Shown piece by piece: positions 28,701-42,100 of a DNA stretch of 64,000 nucleotides. The notes beneath the pieces are model-generated. The model saw only the letters and a program-made list of their open reading frames with translations. It was not told the origin of the DNA and ran no database searches. Within the stretch, counting starts at the first letter, position 1. Every line of letters begins with the position of its first letter. The translations under genes were made by a program, and so were the position numbers. Source of the DNA: Styela clava (Eukaryota); NCBI RefSeq assembly GCF_964204865.1, contig NC_135256.1, positions 14,756,001-14,820,000 on the forward strand, given 5' to 3'.

Positions 28701-30411
28701 GGGTTGATAAATTAAACTTACGGAATGAAAATGTATATATGATGTATATAAAATACTTCCTAATTTAAAAATCATATCATTATTCACTAATCGGAAAATA
28801 TTGAGAACGAATATTCAAAGTAAGTTTAAATAACAATTGACCGAATACGTTAATGCTAGTTGATCTTACCCTTACTTAAATTGATAACCGAACTGTATCA
28901 GGTGGTTTTCCTCATTTTACATTATAGTCACACCTATCAGGTGAATTTTGGATAATTTGACGATTCTATTATAGAAAAAAGTTAACATTTACAGTAAGTC
29001 GTACGCAGTTCATACGCATGCAGTAGATTCGTAACCTATAATTTCGCGGAATTAAACTCTCTGGTATATTTTTTTTGTTTGGACTGGCAGTTGTTCGGGG
29101 AATTCATGTTATACACTATGAAAGTGTATTTAGTATTTTATTGACGAACCAAACAAACTATATGTATTCTATGTAGTAATATGGGATTTCCCATTACACT
29201 AACATAGACTTGCATTGTATGAACGATCGTTTTATAATTACAGAAGCATATTTACTTTTGCATAACTTTTCCTATTCCCGTTCCTGGCCCATCACCTGGA
29301 CCACAAATACGTCGAATTGGGAGAGGCGCGGAAGTAGAATAGCGAATTCTAGTTATAGCAATATCCGGTATCAATATAAAATATTGCTGACAAAATGTGA
29401 AGATATGATATTATTAATATTCATGCCATTTTCTCTTAAGCACGCCGGATTTGGGTCTGACGTTGCCCCGAATATATGTAAGGTATGTCGAATGATGGTT
29501 TGGGTATACCACGCCGAACGGTACGTTCCAATTCACGAGACAAAGTCATTTTAATTCGCTATAATAAAAGCAGTGCATGAATTACTATGAAATTTTATTA
29601 AATATAAAAAAGTTTTTATAGTATTCTACGGAGTGTACATACAACCCGTACGGACGACGGAATGAATGGTTGCGTTGACGAGTTACGGAGGACTCTACTT
29701 CGCTAATGATTAATCCAATGAAATAGTTCATAATACTTTATTGAACTGTTATGTCATATATTTAGCCTCACGTGCCCTACTTTGGTAAACTAGACAAGAT
29801 TCCACGTTGATAAAAGGTGGGGGTGTTTTAATACATAGGTCGTGAATACTGGGAAGTAAGTGCGTCGAAGTTTATAGCAGAGCATAACATTTATATATAC
29901 AATAAATTACAGACTGTAGAAAAATGTGATCTGACTGGAGTCCTAATAGTAAAAAATTTCTAATGTAAACTAGGGCAGTTTTGTTATCAATTGTCAGTTA
30001 TAAAAATATCAGAATACTTGTCAATCATAACAAAAGGTGTTTTTGATATCTTAATCTCCCTTAGCTTCATTTCAAAGTATATTAGAATCAATATAAGCTG
30101 TAAGCCAGTCGAAGGAAGTCAGGGAATATATCATTGACAATTGACCAAAAATAGAAAACGAATCTTTTGATATCAAGGATGCTATAGATAGGCATGTTGA
30201 CCCAATGAAGTTATCAGGGCTGAGTTTCGAAACACTGATATGTCAAAACGCCGCTGTTTCGACGTTTGTGACGTCATGGAAAATGCAAACTGAAATTCGT
30301 CGAGGTATCATGTTTTGACTTACTAATAAATAAGTCGACGTCATCACTTGTGTCGAAAGTATTCCAGATGCGTATGGCCCCACTAGCACAGAACAATTGA
30401 TTCACTTACAT

Positions 30412-32725
30412 CAGCGATTCCCAAACTGTGGTACGCGTACCACCTGTGGTACGCGAGAGTCTTTCAGGTGGTACGCGACCAACTTTCAATAATTTGCAAT
30501 GTTGCGTTTCAATTACCTTTAATTTGTGGTTTCGCACGTTTATGAAGCAACACTTATTTTGTTCAAGATGATCAAACGCCAATTACCAACTTTCATGACC
30601 TTTGACCGATGCTGTCAGCAAAATATTTGGCGGGAACGCTCTCCTTACCGGCCGTCCCAGACTACGTACGGTTGCTATTCGTACTTGCTTTCAAAAGCCT
30701 GCGGTGTGTGAATATTGCGAAATTTTGTTTAATTCAACTATTGACAACATGTCTAAACGAAATTACAGTCCAGCTTACATAAAGTACGGATTCATAGCTA
30801 TTGAACACAACGGAGAAGTTTTGCCGCAATGTGTAGTGTGCATGAAAACGCTTGCTAATTCGGCTATGAAACCAAGCTTACCCCAACGACATCTTGACAC
30901 GAATCATCCCGACAAGAAGGATCGAAATGAGAGTTTCTTTCAGCGACTGGGCGAGCAAGTGAAACGACAGCGCTTCGACAACACTGGCACAATTTATCAG
31001 AGAAAGAAGTGTGCTGTCAAGGCATCCTATGAAGTCGCTCTCCTGATAGCAAAAAATCAGAAAGCACATACCATTGGAGAGCGCCTCATTATGCCAGCTG
31101 CAAAGATGTTAGTAAAAAATGTACTTGGTGAAGAGGCGGCTGCAAAGCTAGTAAGTGTTCCCCTCTCCAACAATACGGTTAAGAATAGAATAGAAGAGAT
31201 GTCAGTCGATATTGCTGAGCAAGTGATTTCAGGAGTGAAAGATTCAGAGTATGGTTTTTCCATTCAATTGGACGAGTCGACGGACGTAACAAATAACGCA
31301 CAGTTACTTGTGTATGTTCGTTATACACAAGAAAAGGCTGTAAAAACTGAATTACTTATGAGCAAAGAACTTTCAGGTACAACAAAGGGAAAGGATATTT
31401 TCGAAGCATTAGACAGTTTTTTCAAAGTGAATAAACTGGACTGGGGAAAGTTGATTGGCTGTACAACAGATGGAGCTCCATCAATGCTAGGACATAAATC
31501 AGGCTTCAGAGCTCATGTGACGGCTGTGGCGCAAAACGTGACTTTTGTTCATTGTTTTATTCATAGATTCGCCCTATGCGCGAAAGTGCTACCTCAGAAC
31601 ATGTTATCATGCTTGAACCGAGTTATCAAACTAGTAAATTTCGTCAAAACATCTGCTCTGAATACTCGGTTGTTTAAACTTCTTTGTGAGGATCTCGGTT
31701 CTAACCACAGCTGTCTCCTCTTCTATACGGAGATGCGCTGGCTCTCTCGTGGTAATGCAACAAGGCGCCTGTTTGAACTGCGACATGAGCTTCTGCAATT
31801 CTTCAAGGAGAAGAATCACGATTTTCAAAACGACCTGGAGAGCAAAGATTTTCTTACTAGATTGGCATATCTATCAGACATTTTTGAAGTTCTGAACAAC
31901 TTTAACCTGTCGTTTCAAGGACCCAATCTAACTGTAACAGATTTCATTTCAAAGCTTAGAGCACTCATTCGTGAGCTGGACCTCTGGACATGGAATGTTA
32001 GCAATCAAAACTACGGAATGTTCAAATGCCTCACTTCTGTTGAGAAAAATCCTGATGGTGGCATTTCTAAAGAAATTATTGATCATCTTTCGCAACTAAA
32101 GACGGAGCTATTGAATTACTTTCCTGATGTTGCATACTGTGCTTACTCCGTCAACCCATTTTTCATTGATCCGGTTGATGTGCCTGTAGGGACCGGGGAA
32201 CAAGAAGAACTAATAGACATTCAAACTGAAGAGGCAGCAAAAATAAAACATAAGGAATGTTGTCCAATCAATTTCTGGTTGAGCATGGCATCATCGTATT
32301 CTAACCTAGTACGTCACGCTGTTTCCCAGCTATTGATTTTTCCATCTACGTGGGAGTGCGAACAAGGGTTTTCGGCTTTGATGGCCATCAAATCGAAAAG
32401 CCGAAATCGTCTTGGAACGCCAGAACATGACTTTCGATGCGCTGTCAGCAAAGCTCTTCCTCGCATTGACCAGCTGGTGGAGAAAAAACAACTACATCCA
32501 TCTCATTAAAATTTTTAATTGGCTTCATTTTGTTTAATTTATGGTTTTTATCTCTTTCTGGAATGACATTTGTCAAATCTTAATGCTGCTACATGCTCAG
32601 TTTTCTTATCTACAGGTGCATAGTTTATGGTTTGAGATATTCTAGTCAAGTGTAACTTAGGTGGTACGCGAACGCTGCACAAAATTAAAAATGGTACGCG
32701 GGAATGAAAAGTTTGGGAACCACTG
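30412..32725 (+). mobile_element. Full-length autonomous hAT transposon, Buster/Charlie subfamily (2314 bp)
   Basis: TIRs cagcgattcccaaact / agtttgggaaccactg; perfect TSD acttacat (30404-30411, 32726-32733); ggtacgcg subterminal repeats at both ends; intact ORF. Confidence 0.95.
30749..32509 (+). CDS. hAT DDE transposase (BED finger; ZBED5/ZBED8/FAM200-like), 586 aa from the first ATG
   Basis: CVVC..H..H BED finger, LDESTD, TDGA, HCFIH (CxxH), RW, CEQGFS, C-terminal dimerisation region; no introns or stops. Confidence 0.95.
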   Translation: MSKRNYSPAYIKYGFIAIEHNGEVLPQCVVCMKTLANSAMKPSLPQRHLDTNHPDKKDRNESFFQRLGEQVKRQRFDNTGTIYQRKKCAVKASYEVALLIAKNQKAHTIGERLIMPAAKMLVKNVLGEEAAAKLVSVPLSNNTVKNRIEEMSVDIAEQVISGVKDSEYGFSIQLDESTDVTNNAQLLVYVRYTQEKAVKTELLMSKELSGTTKGKDIFEALDSFFKVNKLDWGKLIGCTTDGAPSMLGHKSGFRAHVTAVAQNVTFVHCFIHRFALCAKVLPQNMLSCLNRVIKLVNFVKTSALNTRLFKLLCEDLGSNHSCLLFYTEMRWLSRGNATRRLFELRHELLQFFKEKNHDFQNDLESKDFLTRLAYLSDIFEVLNNFNLSFQGPNLTVTDFISKLRALIRELDLWTWNVSNQNYGMFKCLTSVEKNPDGGISKEIIDHLSQLKTELLNYFPDVAYCAYSVNPFFIDPVDVPVGTGEQEELIDIQTEEAAKIKHKECCPINFWLSMASSYSNLVRHAVSQLLIFPSTWECEQGFSALMAIKSKSRNRLGTPEHDFRCAVSKALPRIDQLVEKKQLHPSH

Positions 32726-33008
32726 ACTTACATGGTGACGTGATAATAAAACTTTCGAAGAGAAAATTTCGTTTTGATTTCAAAACACCAATGTTTCGAA
32801 AATACCCAGCCCTAGTAGTTCTGCCAAAGTACTTAACATTTGATACCATGAGATGATAACGGTATTATCGGGCGAACTTTAAGATATTCTACCATTTACT
32901 ATCTAACACTGGTACTGTATTAAAATCGCCTTACATCTGTTTAAAAATGTTTTTTTTTATGTTTATTTAGCGTTTACACACATATTCATTTATAACAAAT
33001 ATTATAAA

Positions 33009-33641
33009 ATGAACGCATCACCCAGAACAACGACATTGGTCAGCACTACTATCGTTACATCGACTTCGTCTGATTCTGGTTCATCTTTAAATGGTTTCCA
33101 ATGGTATGAAATCATTGGACCATTGATTGGACTTGTGTTCTTGGTTGCCATATTTTTGGCGTTTTGTAAATGCGTTATCGAGATTTGTAAAGAAGGTATA
33201 TATTCACGCCAGCAAGACCAAGCCGCGGCTCAATCACGTAATCAAGTTGGTGCTAGCAATGGTTCGTGTGATGTCGAGGATCTTCCGCCAAGGTATTCCA
33301 CGTCTGGGATTGCAACAATAGATTTGGAAAATAATATCATCTTAGAAACTGAAGCGGAAAGACGACGCCGGGAAAGAAGAAAACAAGTCATGGGCCCAGA
33401 AGATAAATTGCCAACGTATTCTGAAATTATTGAAGAAAATCGTAAGAAATCTGCCAACGATAAACTTGAAGGCGAAAACCCGGTTTTTAATCCGGACGAA
33501 CTTGACGTTCGATCTTTACCTAACATTCAAGAGGACGACACCAGTGAAGATGCTGTGTTCGAACATGAGCCGGATCAAGTTAGCGTCATTTCTGAAACGG
33601 ACTTGTCTCCCCCACCTCCATATACATCAGTAAATACATGA
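33009..33641 (+). CDS. Single-pass membrane protein with three PY motifs (210 aa), no signal peptide
   Basis: Thr/Ser-rich N-terminus, TM IIGPLIGLVFLVAIFLAF, juxtamembrane CKC..C, then PPRY, LPTYSEI, PPPPY in an acidic tail. Confidence 0.85.
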   Translation: MNASPRTTTLVSTTIVTSTSSDSGSSLNGFQWYEIIGPLIGLVFLVAIFLAFCKCVIEICKEGIYSRQQDQAAAQSRNQVGASNGSCDVEDLPPRYSTSGIATIDLENNIILETEAERRRRERRKQVMGPEDKLPTYSEIIEENRKKSANDKLEGENPVFNPDELDVRSLPNIQEDDTSEDAVFEHEPDQVSVISETDLSPPPPYTSVNT

Positions 33642-34975
33642 AATCTTCAGTTTAACAAGATGAACAAAATGATTCGTTTTATTCGAATATGCGCAGCGAG
33701 ATATATAAGAACAAGAGGGGAAAACTTAATATCAATGAGCGATAGTTTAGGTATGGACTGAGATATTGAGCTAACAAATAACTCTCGATAAAATATGCTA
33801 CGATAAGATATTTTCCGGTCACGCACACTTTCTGCGAATTACTTCATATAATTTTTTTTTTTGCTTGCAAGTATGAAACGCATCTTATCAATGTCGTGGC
33901 TTATCTTGAATCGAAGTATTTCGAATGTCCGAGCGTTTGCAAATTGATACACGAATTTACTTTCAATATTGTTATTTACTGGGTTTATATTTCGGAACTA
34001 AACACCTATAATAAACCAAGTATATCGCGGCGAAAATAAGTGCATTTTCTGCAAATATCTTAGTAAAATGTACTTTTATCATTCAAAGAAGTGATTAATA
34101 TGCAGTGGTTGACCTTTACAAACCATAGGTCAAATGCTCACCAATTCCATTTATTTAGAGTGCTATTCTATTACTTTTACACTTCAATTTAGTGCTAAGC
34201 ATGTGCCTTATATATATATATATATACTTGATTTAGTAATGCATTTACTACTAAATCTGTATGGCTGTTTGCCCCTTTTCACCTTTATTACACTCTTTTT
34301 GTTTTCACTATACTATTGTGCTCTTCAAAGCTATAGTCCTTTCACAGATTTATGAACCATGTTCAACTCTGGCCTAAATGCCTAATCCTACTATTTTTTA
34401 TTTATTTATTTCATATCTTGCCAAATATTGTTGAAATATTTTTGTAATAAAATACTGTCATTGTGAAACAACGTCGCGTCATTTTTGTACATTGTCTTTT
34501 AGCGAATGGGTTCACATGAAATTAGACGATCAAGTTTCGATTGTAACTATAATAAATCAATTTGATGTGACACAGTGACACGACTAAGAATCGGAAGAAA
34601 TTAAAACACCATGAAATACTTCGATCATATTGATCATATTTGCTTCACGCGGATCCGATAGAGTATGCGCCAACGCCCAATTTTCAATTTGTCGCTGTGT
34701 GCATATTTTCATTCCAAATTGTTCGTCCTGATTCGGGTGAATCCAACCCGACCAAAATTGGGATTCCTCTCAAAAAAATTATCAATTATCTTTGTAGGCC
34801 TAAAAATGCAAATCTGTATGAGCACAATAAAAAAGTAACATTGCTGTTGTTCGTTTTCACTTGCTATATTTTATACTGAATTGTGTCTACTTTGTTGTTT
34901 AGATTTTAACTAAATGTGAAGTGTATTGTTTCAAATGCAATAGCGCATGACCACTCGTCCCAATTTGGTCATAAC

Positions 34976-35509
34976 ATGGTGAATGCTCTAGATATATCTG
35001 CAGCATTATTCATCAGTTTGGGGTTGATAACTATATTCATTTGGATATTTTTATCCGTGTGGGATCGCATAAAATGCTGCGGCACAAATCCTCTTGATTG
35101 TTGTCGTGGAAATATCGATGGCGTAAGAGATACAAGGTCAAGTGTGAGGTGAAATTTAAAAATTCATTGTAATATGTATATATAATGTTACAAAGTGCTT
35201 TCTTTCATTAAGTACTGCTATTTCATTTTGTGTTTTATATTCCACATCATACATTTTAGTGGTTCAGCAGAAATATTCAGCGTTACGACAGGCAATCTTA
35301 GTGAAGTTTGGGAAAACAATCCTCCATCTTATTCCTCACTTGAAGGAGATTTTTCAACCTGGATCATTGAAATTGATGAGATAAACGATACTGAAACTCT
35401 AGAAGAAAAAGATGAACAGTCGGACGAACTACCAACGTATAACGATGTAGTAAGCGAAACACAAACATATTCAAATAGAAGCGCAGTTGACGATGATGCA
35501 ATCAAGTGA
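34976..35509 (+). CDS. Small single-pass PY-motif membrane protein (exons 34976-35148, 35260-35509)
   Basis: TM AALFISLGLITIFIWIFLSVW, CC...CC, phase-2 GT-AG intron, PPSYSSL and LPTYNDV in an acidic tail. Confidence 0.8.
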
Positions 35510-38500
35510 AAAATTATTACCGTGAAAAATATCGTAGCCTGCTATGCAATGGATTTCATGATGTCATTTCTTATTCAAATGGTGGAACAACGAAAAAGCG
35601 TTTTATTCCACCTGATCTTGGGAATCTGGTCAAAATATTCAGTTGAAGTCTAGACACCTCGGCGAGATATATATTTGACTTTAAAGATAAAAACTTATTC
35701 GGATGTTATGGAAATTCGTTTTTCTGTGGCTGATTTGTAATCATTAATTAACTGCAATTTCAAGATCATTATAGTTTGTATGTATATTGTTGGGCAATCG
35801 CTTCTTGTTATAGATTCACATCAATGTTTCAGAGTTTCGTACAACTATCCGATGTAACAACGTTTCTATAAACAACTATGCTGAACAAGATATGATACTT
35901 TTACCAAATTTGATTTTCATATTAAGCAAGAAATAAAGCATTTTGCTAAAATGTCTTTCAATTCATTGCCTATTGTGTAAGCTTTACAGCAATGTTGTGT
36001 GCTAAAATGTTCTACAACAAACCAGTGCACCTTCTTATATAATTTATATAATGCACAAAATAGTCAAATTAGTTTTCAATTCTTTAAATTAAATTTTTAA
36101 TGTCAATTTTTTTACATTTTTATACAATTTCCCAAAGCATCATTTTATTAACTTTATATAATAACTAAAGAACATAACATGACCGTGCTGTGATAGTTCA
36201 GTTATTATATAAACTATAATGTTGGAAGTACTATGTATGCTTAAAAACTGATAAATTGTGTTACCTAGTAGTTGAGTATCATGTCAATTGACATGCATTA
36301 TATCCATTTGTTTGAGCCAATAACGATCAATGATTAAGTATTATTTTTATATCTATGTACTACATCTTTCCTTTTTTATGACGCTGTTAAAATTATATAT
36401 TTACTTTTATGCTATCACTTTGTTCAAAACATAAAAAAATAAAGGTGAGAAAAATGCAAAATAAATCTCTTTCTCTATGTATTATATTTTTCAAATTACA
36501 GTATTCTTATTACAATAATATAATATATGGCATATAAGATTAAGCGAATTGTGCAACAAATCAAACAAAATTATTTTCATGGTATGTTTTAAATTGTATT
36601 GACTCGGTGGCCGTTCGTGTATTCATCCATCTAGAATTTTAGAAAGGTTGATTAGTGATTGGCCCTATAATTCTTAAGCACGAAATGAATATTCGCCAAT
36701 TAGTCAACCGGAGCCAAACCCAATCATCAAAATAATGTCGAATGGTAGTACTGGGAATAGATTAAGATATTTGTGTAAGAAGCTGTACAACAGAAATTAA
36801 AAAAAAAGGGAAACAAATACAAAATAAAAAAAAACAAAATAGTATTATAGGTTCAATACGTTGACTACTAGCATCCTTGGCAAAAAAATCAACTCTCAAT
36901 AAAAAACGACCCTGCAATTTTCATTTTTTATGAAATGGCAAACACTTTTCAAAATTCAAAATTACAATATCGATTAACAGTTTTGAACATTGTAAAATAT
37001 TTCAATTTAAGGATACCTGTTTTGAGGTGGTTAGTTTGTTTCTGGGCAACATGAAAGCTGTACAACAAATAATCCTGCTCCAAACTATTTTGCTAATAGT
37101 CTTCTGTAATAGGAATCAAATAAAGGCAAATAGTTGTGATTGTGATATGCTGATTGCTATTTGTTTTTCGAATCCAAATTAAAACCTAAAGTAATCAAAG
37201 AAATATATGGCTTTATTAGTGGAATCATGGTATAATGCAGCTATTTTAGTCACTCATGCTCCACTGAAGCTCTGAAAACTTAGTCAATATCGCACAAAAC
37301 GTACAACGAATCAAAAATATTCAATATCGCTAATAAAGGAATTAAAATCAGATTTCTTTATCATTCTTTCGAGATATAATTATGCATTTGTTGATGTTTG
37401 TACACATATTGAATCCAAAATACATGGGAAACACTATTTATTTGAACGTCAAGGTCTATAGAACGGAGAAAATTTGTGCTAATCAGACAATTTCAAAGAC
37501 GATGCATTTCACAGCTTTGACGGTTTATCTTATAATTATCATATACCACTCATAAAATACTATACAACATATAAAATTCATGGTACTTTACTCTTTCATT
37601 TTATGTAAATCAATGGAAATTGAGAGAGAGCAAAATTATGTAATTCATCTGCATGCTGAACAGCATGATGGGAATTTTCAGTAATGGTCCAATACTAAAT
37701 AAAAGCTATGATATAATAAATACTTCCCTATTCGAATAGAATACTAGTTCAGACTGGGTGGGGTAATTACAAAACGGTTCATATACCGACAACATCTGTA
37801 TTTAGATTAAGTAAACAATTTCGTTCAATATTTTGCATCATATGACTGGCGCGTTGGAAAACGTAAATGTTAAATTTTTTTTATACATAGTTTTAATCTG
37901 AGTTGGTTAATGTTACTGTTAGTATATAGTCATTCATCGTTCTCCAAAAATTGTCGCTATAAAGGACCGACAGAGCTAGCATATTCAGGTTTTCAATATT
38001 TGTTCTGTTCGCAATATATACCCTCCTACTTAAATCTTTGTAATCATTAACTCATAGATAGGATGGTCTGATATTTCTCATTAAAGAAGATAGAGTTTGA
38101 TGTATTGGAAGTGGTATACTTAGTTCGCTGCAACACTGGTCGTATATTTTCTCAGTATTTAATCCTAGGACAGAAACGTTATTTTCTTCACATTGTCCAG
38201 TTTTGGCGAATTTAACGTGAATGGGACGTCTGTATTGTGTAAGACAAAAACGAGTACGTTAACCTTCGTAATGATTAATTTGAGAAATGTAAATATTACT
38301 TGCGTCAGCACCATCTAATATCATATGACCTAGAAAATATCGACCAAGAGGTTGCTTCAAACACATATCGCATTTAGTTGAAATGGATTGAAATGTAGCA
38401 AGCCAAGATAAAAAGCAACCCAGTCGTTGTAAATTTGATAAAGTTTAGCAAAAGTTATAACAAAAACTTACATACTAACTAATTGTTTATTTAGTTTAGT

Positions 38501-39109
38501 TGAACTTTGGAAACCGTGAATGTAGAGATGTTAACTGTAGTCGATGAGGTTTATAAAAGAAAAAGTAATACAGAACCAACTAAGACGAAAGTCAGCCAAG
38601 AGAACTAAAATATTTTCACGAAAACAGAACCTTACATTATGTATGAAGAGTATATAAACTATAAAGATGGCAAATTGAAAATTAATATCTAAATTATGTA
38701 GGCATTATTATTACTTTGACGTAGGTCCTAGTTTGAGTAAATAAACTTAAAAATACAGTTTCAAAATTTATTTGATTTAGTCAGATTCATAGGAACCCAA
38801 TGCGAAGGAAATGAAACTCATTTAAAATCGGTAGTGCTAATGAAAGCATGTGACGACTGCTGTACCAATAGTTCAACAGATTATAATGTATTTAGTATAG
38901 TACGATAGGTTTCAACAGGAATGCAAGTTTTCCATTCGCTTTAAAAGAAAGCCAAAGAAAATGAAATATACCTTAGGCTAATGATTAAATCCGAAAAAAA
39001 AATATGATTTTAATTTTAACATTTTTTAATTTGCCCTTTCAGAACTATATATCTTAGAATCCTTCCGAAATTTCTTTTTTTACAAATTTAAAAGTGAAAC
39101 AAAACCATC

Positions 39110-42100
39110 ATGATCAAACTAACCATGTCGAACGTCACGTGCTTATTGCTGATACTTTGTATGACCAATATAAGACAAGTTTTCTCTCAATGTGCCTGCC
39201 CTTCCGGGTGTCAATGTAACGGTGCTACAGTTACATGTAACAGTGAGTAGTGTTTTGTTATTTGCTCGTTTTCTTGATTTTTGCTTGAATTTGGTTATCT
39301 TGGTTTTTCGCATAGTTCAATTTAATGTCATTTAAGTACGTCGTATACGTACGTTTTGTGTTAATGGACAGATATTGGTTAATGAATCACGGTGTCTGAT
39401 AAGATGTGCTTGTTTATAATATTGCGCACTGCTCAATGAAAAATGATGTCAACGGGTAAGGTTAACCTGATCAAGGTAGTAACTATGGTTACTTTATGTA
39501 TATATATATTCATATTAGCAAGAAACATGTTCCATGATCATTGCTTGTGATTATAAGCTATTTTTAGGAATACTGATACAAAATCTTTTTATATATATAG
39601 ATGTGACACTGGAACCCGATCTTTATTGATTCACTTATGTCATTTATATTGAGTGCGTATAGAAAACCTAGAGTAGATGTAAATCTTGTAAAAGCTGCGA
39701 TGTCATACCACGTAAATCTTCTTATCTGTGTTGGAAAATTATACAGAAACTTTAGGCACAAAAAGATGATGTAAATATGCTGAGAATTTGAAAAAATTAA
39801 ACAGTTCGTCTGAATGTTTTTTCTCGACATTTTTTCCATATTTAGACATAAAGGTTTTCCCCGAATGCCTGCCAGCGGGATCAACAAGACTTACAGTATA
39901 CAACTCAAAGAACCTGACTACAATATCCAGCATTCCCAAGGACTTAACTTACCTAGAAGTAACAGATACTAGTGTATATAGCGTGTCAAAACACGCTATC
40001 GCAGACGCTTCCATGTTACAGGTAGGTAACACTTCAGTATATATTTCATTAGTCGTTTAGTCACAAGGTCGTTTTCTTATTTAATAATTGATTATTTCAG
40101 TGACGACGATTTTTAGTTTATTTATACGTTTTGAGTGTATAGTTTTTATGATGTCTTTGAACATACGACGGCAATGACGAATTTGTAAGATAAATTGCAA
40201 TCTCAGTCGTTAGTCACGGGTAGATTCATTGACTGTGGATTTGAAATAAAAGGACATTAAACGGATAGTTTAATTAACAAAGTGAGTACTTTTAAAAAAA
40301 AATTAAAAAAAAATAGTAAAAAAGCAAATTAAGCTTGGTACTAACTTTCATTTAAACTTTCAGTGGTGGGATTCTAATTTTGTTTGTCAGCCGGTTCCAT
40401 AACAGAAGTCATATTTTTCGGCCGGTTCTGTTATATGTTTTTTTAGTAATGCTAGCCGGTTTGCTGATCTCATAAGATTCCGCGAGGCGGTTCTATAGAA
40501 CCGGTGCGAACCGGCTGAATCCCACCACTGGACCTACCCAGTACGGATTGCTATCTATTTTCATTATTGACCTGTATACCTATATTTTAAAAACACTGCA
40601 TTACCAGATTAGCCATAGAATGTTTATAATTGCACTTTTTTTTATTTATAACGAAATATATTGTCTTAGTATCATGAGTTTTTAATATTATTTTCAGACT
40701 CTGATGTTCAGTTATAACGATCAGTTAAGACAACTTGATCTAGGTGAACCGAGTGATGGTAGCCATCCATTGACAACTCTAAATCTGACGAAATGCTCAG
40801 TGCTGAGTGAAGTCGATAATGTCAAAGAATATATCAACTTGCAATTTATTACTATATCTTCCTGTAATCTTCAAGTGAGTGAAATAATCAATAGAATGAT
40901 ATTTATCACAACAGATATAGATTATTGATGCAGGCAAGAGGATGCTACATAGGGCGAGCGGCAGTAAAATAATTGTGAAGAAACCAAACTATGAATTATA
41001 TGATCAGTTATATTATATATCTTACATTGTACCTACTCAATTTGCAATGTCATATTCTTATTGAAATTTATTTATAGGAAATAGATGATGACATGTTCAA
41101 AGGACTTCGAAAAGTGAAGACACTTGATATTTCACATAACCACCGACTGGATGACATTGATCGAGATGCTTTTGAGGACTTGGACGCTTTGGAAAGTCTT
41201 AGCATGAATGATTGCTCGTTGAGGAAGCTATATTCGGAATATTTTGATAACGCCTATCATAAAAATTTGGAATACGTCAATACATTGCTAAATCCTCTTC
41301 AGTGCTATAAGATGTGTGATTTCATGCAATGGTATTGGGGACATTCAAGTTTTTTGAGTTATGCTTTTATCGGTGAGTACAGATTTCATAACAGTTTCTT
41401 ACGTTCTTTTATTTCAAAAATAGGTACGTTTTCCAGCAATACTGACCTCTCTCAATGAAACAAAATAGAACTTAACTTATGAAATTAATTGAACATATAA
41501 TTACATGCCAATATAAAAGAAAGAAATCATATAGTAAAATTCGTAGCGTCAGTGCTGAGTAAAACAACTTGGCATACAGCCTTGCTAGCTGTCTTTAACA
41601 CGTCCAGCTGATAAATGTTTAACTACTAATGTATTCATGTGTAACCCGTATAACAGACTGCAAAGTCATTTATTTTTGAAAATTATGATTTCTTACTGCT
41701 TTATGACAATTTTTCGCATTGTGTGTGCAAATTCGAGTTAGTTATTATATCAGGGTATTTTTCTTGTTTTGCAAGGTATACTATAGCCCAGTGTGACCAA
41801 CCTGCTTTCGACCGCGAACGACTGAAATCTTCGACATAGCTCGCGATCGACTGATCGGTAATAAGGTCATAAACAAAAATCAATGAATACTAAATACGCA
41901 GATAACCTCACACACGCATACAAAAATTCCACCGCTGCCAATAAGCTCGGCTTTGCGGGTGCATTCTCAATAAAATTGCCACAAAAATTTGCATTTTTAA
42001 TATTCAATTTTCTAATTTGATTATGTAATTGTACTCGGAGTAAATGTTTCATCGTGTATTTTAGATTTCATCAAATCATACATTCCAGATCTAGGGCCTG

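Larger units (their letters stand above)
30215..32814. mobile_element. Old ~280-bp hAT-type MITE split by the autonomous hAT insertion
   Basis: Ends cagggctgagtttcgaaacactg / caatgtttcgaaaatacccagcccta; degenerate TSD gaagttat / gtagttct. Confidence 0.65.

Noticed and set aside
25800-30200. Long AT-rich interval, searched for RNA genes and exons
   Set aside because: No tRNA/rRNA or coding signal recognisable by eye
30602-30748. 49-aa N-terminal extension of the transposase in the ORF track
   Set aside because: It starts at TTG; the first ATG (30749, MSKRNY) matches typical Buster N-termini
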